A stretch of DNA of 50,448 nucleotides from an uncultured Thermoplasmatales archaeon (lineage in GTDB: Archaea; Thermoplasmatota; E2; UBA202; JdFR-43), in assembly GCA_964612535.1 (NCBI GenBank), contig CAZTDS010000001.1:1-50448 (forward strand), in the 5' to 3' direction. How positions within the stretch are numbered: the first letter of the stretch is position 1; each line of letters starts with the position of its first letter. The notes beneath the pieces were generated by a model. It was given only the letters and a program-made list of their open reading frames with translations, did no database searches and had not been told where the DNA came from. Shown here piece by piece: positions 17,340 to 25,454 of the stretch. Position numbers and translations under genes: made by a program.

Positions 17340-17774
17340 TTATATAAAGTTTCCTATTTCCTGGGCCACCTCATGGGCTGTGTTATCAACAAGAGATTGT
17401 CCTTTCGATGTTATCTTTCTTCCCTTTCCTTCCACCTTCTCCACCAAACCAAGCTCTTCAAGCTGCTGCAAAGCCTTTCTCGCTATTGAACCGCTCCCCT
17501 TCACATGCTTATATGGCTTCACCCTCCTGTCTCTCCTCCCTCCATATAAGCCACGAAGGCGGGAGACGCCAATAGGACCTCGCATATATACCTTCCTCAG
17601 CACAGAAGCCACCCTGACATACCACCAGTCAGGATCTTCCGGTGGCCTTTCCTTATGAGTTCCTGTTTTAACCCATTTAGCCCATTCAGGTGGTTCTATT
17701 TTAAATTCATTTTTGAGTTTCTCCGCTAATTTCCTGATTAATGGCTCAGCTGGAACATCATAGGCGGTAGTCAT
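17340..17774 (-). CDS. rps19e: 30S ribosomal protein S19e
   Basis: MTTAYDVPAEPLIRKLAEKLK...PPEWAKWVKTGTHKERPPEDPDWWYVRVASVLRKVY...GSGSIARKALQQLE. Trimmed to ATG at 17774. Confidence 0.92.
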   Translation of the reverse strand: MTTAYDVPAEPLIRKLAEKLKNEFKIEPPEWAKWVKTGTHKERPPEDPDWWYVRVASVLRKVYMRGPIGVSRLRGLYGGRRDRRVKPYKHVKGSGSIARKALQQLEELGLVEKVEGKGRKITSKGQSLVDNTAHEVAQEIGNFI

Positions 17775-17902
17775 CGCAACCCAATACAAAAGTAATATAT
17801 AAAAATAATTCTGCGAGCGAGAAGCATGGATAAATAACAATCTTTGGCAAAGATGGCACAAATTTTCGAAAATTTTATATGAATATCAAGGGTTAAATTA
17901 AG

Positions 17903-19564
17903 ATGCAACTTGAATTTCACATATATCTTATCCCTTTAATTATGGTTAGTATCATTTCAATCAATCTTGCCCTATTTGCCTGGCGGAGTCATCCATTCCG
18001 CAATATATCTCCATTTGTTGCTCTTGCCATCGCTATCTCCTGGTGGACATTCAGCTATGCAATGGAGCTTTCGTGTGTGGAAATAAATCATAAAGTACTC
18101 TGGGCAAAACTGGAATATTTCAGCATTGTTGCGATTCCCATAATATGGCTATTTTTTACCTTACAATATATTGGGAGAAAAGAATGGCTAACCAAAAGGA
18201 ATGTACTTCTCCTCTCTCTCGAACCCATTCTGATTCTCTTTCTTGTTATGACCAACGAGTATCATCATCTTATATGGGAAAAGATAGAAGTAGTTAAGGT
18301 GGCATCAATCTCTGTGCTCAATATATCGCACGGCATTGCATTCTGGATGCACGCCATTTATTCGTATATTATCATTTTACTTACTGTCTTTGTTTTAATC
18401 CATGCCCTCTTTTATCTCTCTTCTCTTTACAGGAAACAGTGCTTAATTTTACTTATTGGGGCTTTAGTGCCATGGATTGGTAATGCGATATATAGCCTGG
18501 GATTAAATCCAATTGCTCCTCTTGATCTCACTCCACTCGCCCTCCTATTCAGCGTTTTTGCAGCCAGTCTGGCAGTCTTTCGTTTCCGTTTTTTGGAAAT
18601 TGTTCCCATAGCAAGAGAGATGCTTATTGAAGGCATAGGATATGCAATAATCGTGCTCGACGAACATAACAAGATTGTGGATGCCAACCCGGCAGCAGAG
18701 GAAATACTTGGCATGCCACCTGAAAATTCCATAGGAAGTTTTATCGACGAAGTTATGAAAGGAAAAGGCAATCTACTCAAATACTTTAAAATGAACAGAT
18801 TAAATGAAGAAGTTACAATTAAAAATAACGGAACAATGAGGTATTACAATATACATATCTCACCTCTATACGATAAGCATGGGAGAGCCATAGGAAGGCT
18901 TGTTATTCTGCATGATATCACAGAGAATAAGAAAAATGGGGAAAAAATAAAAAGACTGAATGATGAGCTCAAGCTTATAAATAAGATAATGAGGCATGAT
19001 ATAGCAACAGATTTGCAAATAATTCAAGGATTGCTTGACCTTTATAAGGATGAAAATGATATAGGGCTTATTCAGAAAGCGATGAAGAGAGTGGAAAAGA
19101 GCATAAGATTGATACAGAGAATGAGAGATGCTGAAGCTATAGCTACGTCGGGATTGGAGTTAAAAGAGTATGACGTTAGAAGAGTTATTGAAGAAGTGGC
19201 TAAAAATTATCAGATGGAGGTAAATATCTCCGGAAATTGTATCATCATGGCCGATGATGCCATTTTCTCAGTTGTAGATAACATCATAAGGAATGCAGTT
19301 GTTCATGGAGGCACAGATAGAATGGACGTAAAAATAGAAGACGATGATAAAGTATGCAGAATAAGTTTTGCTGATTATGGAAAGGGAATACCTGATGAGA
19401 TAAAAGATAAAATTTTTCATGAGAGATTCAGTTATGGTGAGAGAGGAGGTAGCGGACTGGGCTTATATATAGTCAGAAAAATTATTGAAAGCTATGGGGG
19501 AAATATATATGTTGAGGACAATGAGCCTAAGGGATCAATTTTCGTAATAGAGTTAAAGAAATAG
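17903..19564 (+). CDS. sensor histidine kinase (N-terminal 7TM sensor, PAS, DHp, HATPase_c)
   Basis: About 7 TM helices in the first 230 aa. PAS-like region (IIVLDEHNKIVDANPAAEEILG). H-box KIMRHDIATDL. N/G boxes NIIRNAVVHG, DYGKGIP, GGSGLGLYIV. Confidence 0.85.
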   Translation: MQLEFHIYLIPLIMVSIISINLALFAWRSHPFRNISPFVALAIAISWWTFSYAMELSCVEINHKVLWAKLEYFSIVAIPIIWLFFTLQYIGRKEWLTKRNVLLLSLEPILILFLVMTNEYHHLIWEKIEVVKVASISVLNISHGIAFWMHAIYSYIIILLTVFVLIHALFYLSSLYRKQCLILLIGALVPWIGNAIYSLGLNPIAPLDLTPLALLFSVFAASLAVFRFRFLEIVPIAREMLIEGIGYAIIVLDEHNKIVDANPAAEEILGMPPENSIGSFIDEVMKGKGNLLKYFKMNRLNEEVTIKNNGTMRYYNIHISPLYDKHGRAIGRLVILHDITENKKNGEKIKRLNDELKLINKIMRHDIATDLQIIQGLLDLYKDENDIGLIQKAMKRVEKSIRLIQRMRDAEAIATSGLELKEYDVRRVIEEVAKNYQMEVNISGNCIIMADDAIFSVVDNIIRNAVVHGGTDRMDVKIEDDDKVCRISFADYGKGIPDEIKDKIFHERFSYGERGGSGLGLYIVRKIIESYGGNIYVEDNEPKGSIFVIELKK

Positions 19565-20743
19565 TTATCTAGCAATTATGTGGATTATATCTCCACTTTT
19601 TAATTTGTGGTCGGCACCAACTATTTTTTTACTCCTTACATCAACAGCTTTTATAAACCCCTCCGCCAAATCACTATGTACTTTATATGCCAAATCTATT
19701 ACGGTGGAGCCTTTGGGGAGTAAAAAAACATCCGGTAATATATTCCCATCTTTATCACACAGCTTATTTTCATCTTCAACCGGATAAACCGCTATTAGAT
19801 TGAGTAATTCAAAAACCGCTTTATCTATGCATTTTTGCACACCTGTTGAGCCAAATCTTTGCAAAACATGTTTATCTATATATTCAAGCCCTTTCCTCTG
19901 CTTCTCATCAAGCTCCTTTAAAATTTTATATGATGAATCTCCTGGCTTATAGTCAATGTAGCCATGCTCCGCCGCCTTTACAAGAGCAAGCTCTGCCATG
20001 GCAGAACATGGAATGGCATATTCACCTTCAAATCTCTTTATCATTTCATCGGTTGCTTTATCAGCTTTGTTGAGGGCAAGGAGTATCGGTTTTGCCTCTC
20101 TTCTCACATGTATCGCAAGTTTGAGAAGTTCCTCATCACCCCATTTGGTGGCATCCTCTAGCAACGATGCTTTTTTCAACGCTGCCTTTATTTCCTCCTC
20201 CTTTATCCCGAGGCCAGCCAGTTTTTCTGCCAGCATTTTTTCTATTTTAACACCTTCAAGCTTGCATTTCATGCTCAGGCGGCGCCAGTCTTTATCAAGC
20301 AATCCCTTAATCCAGTAGTCAATCTCCTCTTCCAAAAATTTTATGTCATGAGCTGGATCATGACTTCCTGGACTGCACGGTCTTCCCTCCTCATCTGTTG
20401 AACCAGAAACATCAACAATGTGAATTAGGCAATGGGCTCTTCTTAAATCATCCAGAAATTTGTTTCCCAATCCCCGCCCTTCGTGAGCTTTCGGAACAAG
20501 CCCAGCAACATCTATTGCTTCAATAGGAATGTACCTTATGCCGTCTAAGCATCTTGAATTGCGAGGATTACATTTAACTCCAAATTCCTTGCAGGGGCAG
20601 AGTGAGCGGGCATACATTACACCTTTATTGGCATCGATGGTTGTAAATGGATAATCTGCCATCTCAGCATTGGCTAGTGTGGCAGCATTGAAAAAAGTTG
20701 TTTTGCCAACATTCGGCTTTCCCACAATTCCTATTTGAACCAT
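19565..20743 (-). CDS. ychF: YchF/OLA1-type Obg-family GTPase/ATPase with C-terminal TGS domain
   Basis: G1 motif IGIVGKPNVGKTTFFNAAT, G3 DVAGLV, NKAD, and C-terminal TGS-like LKSGDIIHII. Confidence 0.85.
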   Translation of the reverse strand: MVQIGIVGKPNVGKTTFFNAATLANAEMADYPFTTIDANKGVMYARSLCPCKEFGVKCNPRNSRCLDGIRYIPIEAIDVAGLVPKAHEGRGLGNKFLDDLRRAHCLIHIVDVSGSTDEEGRPCSPGSHDPAHDIKFLEEEIDYWIKGLLDKDWRRLSMKCKLEGVKIEKMLAEKLAGLGIKEEEIKAALKKASLLEDATKWGDEELLKLAIHVRREAKPILLALNKADKATDEMIKRFEGEYAIPCSAMAELALVKAAEHGYIDYKPGDSSYKILKELDEKQRKGLEYIDKHVLQRFGSTGVQKCIDKAVFELLNLIAVYPVEDENKLCDKDGNILPDVFLLPKGSTVIDLAYKVHSDLAEGFIKAVDVRSKKIVGADHKLKSGDIIHIIAR

Positions 20744-20747
20744 TTTA

Positions 20748-21032
20748 TCAACTGAAGTAGTGTGTCGCCTCCTCTTCCTTTCCTTTCTTTTTCCTGACTC
20801 TCTTTTCCTCTATTATATCAATGGCGAGTATCATGTTTATGGGGATTATTCTTATAATACCTTTTTTTGCTCTATGGGATTCATCCATTTTAATGCAAAT
20901 TCCTCCTTCATCTTTCGATATATACGAATAGCCGACGAAGGTTCCGCTTGTCTGCATTATTTCCTTTTCTGAACCAACTGAATAGACAATATATTTTGAG
21001 CCGGGCACCAATTCAATTTCTCTCTCCTTCAT
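20748..21032 (-). CDS. hypothetical small protein (94 aa) with basic C-terminal tail
   Basis: ATGA overlap with the upstream wHTH gene and 4 nt from ychF. Predicted beta-rich core and a KRVRKKKGKEEE tail. I recognise no family. Confidence 0.5.
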   Translation of the reverse strand: MKEREIELVPGSKYIVYSVGSEKEIMQTSGTFVGYSYISKDEGGICIKMDESHRAKKGIIRIIPINMILAIDIIEEKRVRKKKGKEEEATHYFS

Positions 21033-21463
21033 TCTAAATACCTCCTTTCAATGAGTCTTTGTAGATGAGCTACAGTTTCAGCATAATTTTCCATTGCCAC
21101 CTTAACATGCGCTTCAACGAAATTCCATGCTTTTACGAGGTTTCCATATCTAAGTTTATAAGTCTTTTTAATCTTTTTTCCCTCTCCTTCCTTTCCCTCC
21201 TCCAGTATATCCATACTTTTTAGTTTATTTAGATGCCTATATACAGTTGCTTTTGTGGCATTCAATTTAGCCATTAATTCCTCAATAGTCCATTCCTTTG
21301 TGGGGTGCAGCAAAAAACATTCAAAGAGTTTATATGCTATTGATTCCTCTCCCGCATTATCTGACATATATCCAATCTGTTTTAGAAATTCCACTGCAAC
21401 TCTTTTATAATTATCTTCACCAGTGAGTGGACTGCTTTTAACAACCCTGATCTCAAATTCCAT
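21029..21463 (-). CDS. winged helix-turn-helix transcriptional regulator (ArsR/MarR-like)
   Basis: WTIEELMAKLNATKATVYRHLNKLKSMDILEE is a typical wHTH recognition segment. Confidence 0.65.
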   Translation of the reverse strand: MEFEIRVVKSSPLTGEDNYKRVAVEFLKQIGYMSDNAGEESIAYKLFECFLLHPTKEWTIEELMAKLNATKATVYRHLNKLKSMDILEEGKEGEGKKIKKTYKLRYGNLVKAWNFVEAHVKVAMENYAETVAHLQRLIERRYLE

Positions 21464-21548
21464 ATGAAATAATGTTGCAATAATTTATATTTTTATGCCA
21501 TGGAATATAAAAGAGATTAGGAATAAGAAATAGATAATAGGGGAGAGA

Positions 21549-22949
21549 TTATAGAATCTTTATGTAAGATATTTCTTCACTCTCTATATAGTGGCCAGCC
21601 ATATCATATGCAATGATTTTGAGTTTGTTGAATGACAGTGGAAATTCTCTTGGCAACTCCGCCTCATATGGGGCAACGTAGTCTCTCCAAAGCACTTCTC
21701 CATTTAGAACAAACTCGACATAATATATGCCTGATGTGGCATCATTTGCGTCTACACTTGCAGTCATTTTGCCTATAATGAAAGTGTTTTTGAAAAGTGT
21801 TGGCATGATGCGGCGACCTGCTATATAAATGTAGCCCTGCTTTGGAGCTGTTATGCTCATGGTGGGGGCATCTTTATCTATTTTGATAGTGAAATTCTTT
21901 TCCTCCTCAACATTTCCTGCATTGTCGATGCTATAGAAGTAAATCACATGCTCTCCCTTCACTGAAAAGTTAATTGCCTCTGTATATTCTTCCCAGTCCC
22001 CGTCATCAATCTTATACATGGTGCGGTTTATTCCTGCAAGATTATCTGTTGCATTAAATGAGATTATTGCATAATCTTTTATCCATTTATTCTGACCATA
22101 TATTGCATTGATTGTGTAGTTTGTTGCTGGAGGGGTTAAATCGATACCTATTGTTACATTCTTTTCCTCCTCCACATTTCCTGCGTTATCAACGCTATAG
22201 AAATATACTTTATGGACTCCCTCGCCGGATACAGTAAAGTTTTCTTCATATTTTTCCCAGCTTCCATTGTCGATGCGATACATTGTGTAATTTACACCAG
22301 CAAGATTATCTGTCGCTTCAAGTGAAACAGTTACATTACCATTGTACCATGCCTTTTCATTTTCTATGGTATAATTTGTTACGGGAGGTGTTATATCTAC
22401 CATAACCTCTATGCTATCATCATCGCTATCTCCATCGTTATCCTCAACCGTGAGGTTTACAACATATATGCCTTCTTCCTCATATGTATGGCTTACAGTC
22501 TCCCCATCTGCAGTATTTCCATCTCCAAATTCCCAGTGCCAGGCAACGATGCTTCCATCCACATCATAACTCAAACTTCCATTGAACAGCACAGTAAGAT
22601 TATTGGAAATTATATCCTCTCCAGCATCAGCAACAGGTGGAATATTTAGTACTGTAATCACCTTCTCCACATAGTCAGTTGCACCTGATGAAGAAATGAT
22701 AACCAGCCTTACAGTATATGTGCCGTTATCCTCATACACATGTACGGGATTCTGTTCCGTGCTGCTACTGCCATCTCCAAAATACCATATCCACGCGATT
22801 ATGTCGCCCGTAGAATTATCATAGAAATGGACCTCCTGCATATCTGTTGGTGTTTGTGGCTCCCAGTAAAAATCGGCACTAAGCCCTCCTGCATACACAT
22901 TTATGAAAGCTAACAGCATAACCACCAGAAATACCACTATTTTCCTCAT
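21549..22949 (-). CDS. secreted surface protein: signal peptide, 2 PKD domains, 2 tandem Ig-like beta-sandwich repeats, C-terminal Ig-like module
   Basis: PKD signatures WYFGDGSSSTEQNPVHVYEDNGTYTVRL and WEFGDGNTADGETVSHTYEEEGIYVVNLTV. A repeated Y(R/K)IDxGxWExY...HxVYFYSxDNAGNVEEEKN module. Many N-x-S/T sequons. Confidence 0.8.
   Translation of the reverse strand: MRKIVVFLVVMLLAFINVYAGGLSADFYWEPQTPTDMQEVHFYDNSTGDIIAWIWYFGDGSSSTEQNPVHVYEDNGTYTVRLVIISSSGATDYVEKVITVLNIPPVADAGEDIISNNLTVLFNGSLSYDVDGSIVAWHWEFGDGNTADGETVSHTYEEEGIYVVNLTVEDNDGDSDDDSIEVMVDITPPVTNYTIENEKAWYNGNVTVSLEATDNLAGVNYTMYRIDNGSWEKYEENFTVSGEGVHKVYFYSVDNAGNVEEEKNVTIGIDLTPPATNYTINAIYGQNKWIKDYAIISFNATDNLAGINRTMYKIDDGDWEEYTEAINFSVKGEHVIYFYSIDNAGNVEEEKNFTIKIDKDAPTMSITAPKQGYIYIAGRRIMPTLFKNTFIIGKMTASVDANDATSGIYYVEFVLNGEVLWRDYVAPYEAELPREFPLSFNKLKIIAYDMAGHYIESEEISYIKIL
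21876..22391 (-). repeat. intragenic tandem duplication of an approximately 86-aa domain (approximate bounds)
   Basis: Two consecutive copies starting TPPVTNYTI... and TPPATNYTI.... Both contain ATDNLAG(V/I)N, YFYS(V/I)DNAGNVEEEKN(V/F)TI.ID. Confidence 0.7.
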
Positions 22950-23082
22950 ATAAATCGCTTCTAAAATTTGTTTTGATTATTTATGTATTTCGATGCCTCC
23001 TGCAGTGGTGATATGTCAAAGCCTGCCCCAGCCTTCCAAATTCCGAATAATTTAAATTTATCTCATTGATTAGATATGTAAA

Positions 23083-23613
23083 ATGAAATGGAAAAATTTA
23101 GAGGCAATAATAAAAATTCTACTCGTTGCTTTCCTCATTTCATTTTCTGTTTTTATTGCCTCGATTTATAGAGTTAGATTTCCAGAATACACTTTTTATC
23201 GCCATTTTTATTATCTTCCAGCAGTTCTATCCACTTTCTGGTGGGGAAGAAAAGGATTAGTCGCCCCATTCATCATGATTTTTCTTTCCTTCTTTATAGA
23301 CAGCACAAAAAATGCTGGAAAAGAGGAATTTCTCTCCCTTATAATCGAATCCTCCCTCCTTATCATTGTTTCGATACTCGTTGCTTTCCTGAGCGAGGAA
23401 AAAACAAGGGCTTTAGAAAAAGAAAAGAAATTCAAGCTCATGACCGCCCATTATTTCTTCAATCCGATTGCCATAGCAGAGGGTTTTCTTCACTTGGCAA
23501 TGCAGAAAGCATCGCCTGAAATAACGGAGCATCTTGAAGCAATAGATGTTGCTGTGAAAAGGATAAAAAAGGTTGTGCAGAATGTTGTTGAAAAAGGAGA
23601 GATTAGAGAATAG
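23083..23613 (+). CDS. membrane protein with DUF4118-like TM region and a DHp-like helix but no kinase ATPase domain
   Basis: 176 aa, with 3-4 TM helices (YYLPAVLSTFWWGRKGLVAPFIMIFLSFF...). Then MTAHYFFNPIAIAEGFLHLAM resembles a histidine-kinase H-box helix. The ORF ends without N/G boxes. Confidence 0.5.
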   Translation: MKWKNLEAIIKILLVAFLISFSVFIASIYRVRFPEYTFYRHFYYLPAVLSTFWWGRKGLVAPFIMIFLSFFIDSTKNAGKEEFLSLIIESSLLIIVSILVAFLSEEKTRALEKEKKFKLMTAHYFFNPIAIAEGFLHLAMQKASPEITEHLEAIDVAVKRIKKVVQNVVEKGEIRE

Positions 23614-23616
23614 TGG

Positions 23617-24942
23617 CTATACTGAATATACCATCATGTTTCCGTATACTGTTATATCTCCATTCCTTGCTTTTACTTCTACCTCATGCCATCCTTTTTC
23701 TATGTTACCTCCCCACTCATAGGGCTGCGAGGAATCCTCAAATATTTTCTCTCCATCAATATAAAATTCAACTTTTCCATCAAAATTGCAATATACACTT
23801 ATCTTTGCCCTTCCAACAAAAACATTTACACTCGCCGGAAGAACTTTGCGACCATTCAAATATATGCCAGGATGCCATATATTGGGCTGAGTAATAAATA
23901 GCATGCTTTCATCTACTGGCGGAAGATGCCCCTCGCTCACCCCAGCCGCCCATGCCACGCTTCGCCTCAAAATCCACCAGTTGTAGCTCCAGTTCATGGG
24001 TGTTCCATTTACCCATCTATAAAGATAGTCTTGGCGATAAAGTGTATATTTATTCCTTCCCAGAAACTCCTCAACATGTCCTCCAATAACTGTTTTTTCT
24101 TCAGGATGGGGGCCGAAGAGAACAACTCTTCCATTTCCATATGTTGTGGCTATCGCTGCATAAAGTCCTTTCAAATCAGTTTTAACATCTCCGACTATTT
24201 TCCATTCTCCATTTATCTTTTTCCAGAAATGTATGGGGGCTTTTTCACTAATTTCTTCAGCGTAAAAAGCGATGGGAGTTATCTCGCCAAATAAATCATC
24301 GTTGCCATCACCCTCATACATACCCGGCCCGCCTTCATACCTTATAATGCGAGGATTATCAGGACTTACTGCAACGATGGGATGTTTCGTTAATTCACAT
24401 GCTACTGGAACTCCGCCCTCCAGTCCAGCAGATTTGTAGAGATATTGCCATTCTTCATTCTGGTCATCATTTATGTATACATTTGCAATTCCAAGCACTC
24501 CTGCATTTATAACATGGTCAAAAAATGTTTTCGGATGTTCATATCCCAGCGATGCCTCATTAGCTCCCCCGCATACGCCAACGTAGCCTCCGCCGCTGGC
24601 AACGAATTTGCGAACATTTTCCTTCCATCGTGTGTTTATGCCGTGGAAATACTGGCGGGCGCTTGCTCCTATCACGAGTACATCATAATTGGCTGTGTTG
24701 AGAGGATTTCTTCCCCTTCCCTCCGCCTCTTTCATGTTTATTTCTGATACATTAAACTGATAATAAATGCCATCAACCTCCCAGCCATATTTGAGAGAAT
24801 ATTCGAGGACTTTTATTGCCGGAACTATGGAAGGATATACAGCAACATTGATGTATCTTTTTTCTTCCTTATATAATTCTTGAGCCGAATAAAGGGGAAA
24901 AGAAAGGAGGAGAATGGCAACTATAAGGATGCACCATCTCAT
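23617..24942 (-). CDS. secreted class-I glutamine amidotransferase-like (BPL_N-like) protein with C-terminal Ig-like module
   Basis: Signal peptide MRWCILIVAILLLSFPLYSA after trimming to ATG at 24942. YDVLVIGASARQY...FVASGGGYVGVCGGANEA and GRVVLFGPHPEE resemble the BPL_N/GATase1 fold. The C-terminal VEFYIDGEKIF...PYEW module is shared with other surface proteins here. Confidence 0.6.
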   Translation of the reverse strand: MRWCILIVAILLLSFPLYSAQELYKEEKRYINVAVYPSIVPAIKVLEYSLKYGWEVDGIYYQFNVSEINMKEAEGRGRNPLNTANYDVLVIGASARQYFHGINTRWKENVRKFVASGGGYVGVCGGANEASLGYEHPKTFFDHVINAGVLGIANVYINDDQNEEWQYLYKSAGLEGGVPVACELTKHPIVAVSPDNPRIIRYEGGPGMYEGDGNDDLFGEITPIAFYAEEISEKAPIHFWKKINGEWKIVGDVKTDLKGLYAAIATTYGNGRVVLFGPHPEEKTVIGGHVEEFLGRNKYTLYRQDYLYRWVNGTPMNWSYNWWILRRSVAWAAGVSEGHLPPVDESMLFITQPNIWHPGIYLNGRKVLPASVNVFVGRAKISVYCNFDGKVEFYIDGEKIFEDSSQPYEWGGNIEKGWHEVEVKARNGDITVYGNMMVYSV

Positions 24943-24952
24943 TTTTGCAGTT

Positions 24953-25249
24953 TCATCCAAAAATGAAACCCATCCCTTCACTTGCCTTTTCCTCATCTGC
25001 AATAAATTTCTCATTTACTCTTTCCTTTTCCTCCCCTTCCAGTTTCTTCGCCCTCTCCCCTAAAATTTCCTCCGCTTTTTTTATTGCTTCCTCATCCCCT
25101 TCTATTTTCAGGAAAACGCTATCGCCTTCTATTCCAAGAGATTTTGCATCCCTTGTCCATATACTCTGCCTACTCACCAGATCATCTTTCTTTATTTCTT
25201 CAACTATGCTCTCATTTTCTTTTTTAATTTCAAATATTGCATATGCCAT
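24953..25249 (-). CDS. small acidic protein (98 aa) with ribosomal P-stalk-like C-terminal tail
   Basis: ATG at 25247-25249, with an ATTTAAATATT TATA-like element about 20-30 nt upstream. The C-terminus is ...ADEEKASEGMGFIFG (24956-24994). Confidence 0.55.
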   Translation of the reverse strand: MAYAIFEIKKENESIVEEIKKDDLVSRQSIWTRDAKSLGIEGDSVFLKIEGDEEAIKKAEEILGERAKKLEGEEKERVNEKFIADEEKASEGMGFIFG

Positions 25250-25454
25250 AATGGGAAATGCTGCAATATTTAAATTGTTTTGGGGCTATAATTGTATATC
25301 CCCAGAATGTTGCCTTCAAATCTCCAGCATTATCGTATAAACCTTAATTGAGGATAAACAAATCTTCCAAATACAACTTCATTTCGTTTTTTTGTTTGTT
25401 TGCGAATTTCTCATTCATTCCACTACCTTTTTATTTGCATCCCCATTTCATTTC

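Noticed and set aside
22994-23016. TGCCTCCTGCAGTGGTGATATGTCA upstream of the PKD gene resembles the left flank and inner repeat of the MITE-like element (TGCCTCTGCAGG…GTGATATG, TGACATATCAC)
   Set aside because: Only short segments of about 11 nt match, with indels. It could be a shared operator or a relic, but by eye I cannot separate it from chance in AT-rich intergenic DNA. Noted for follow-up only.
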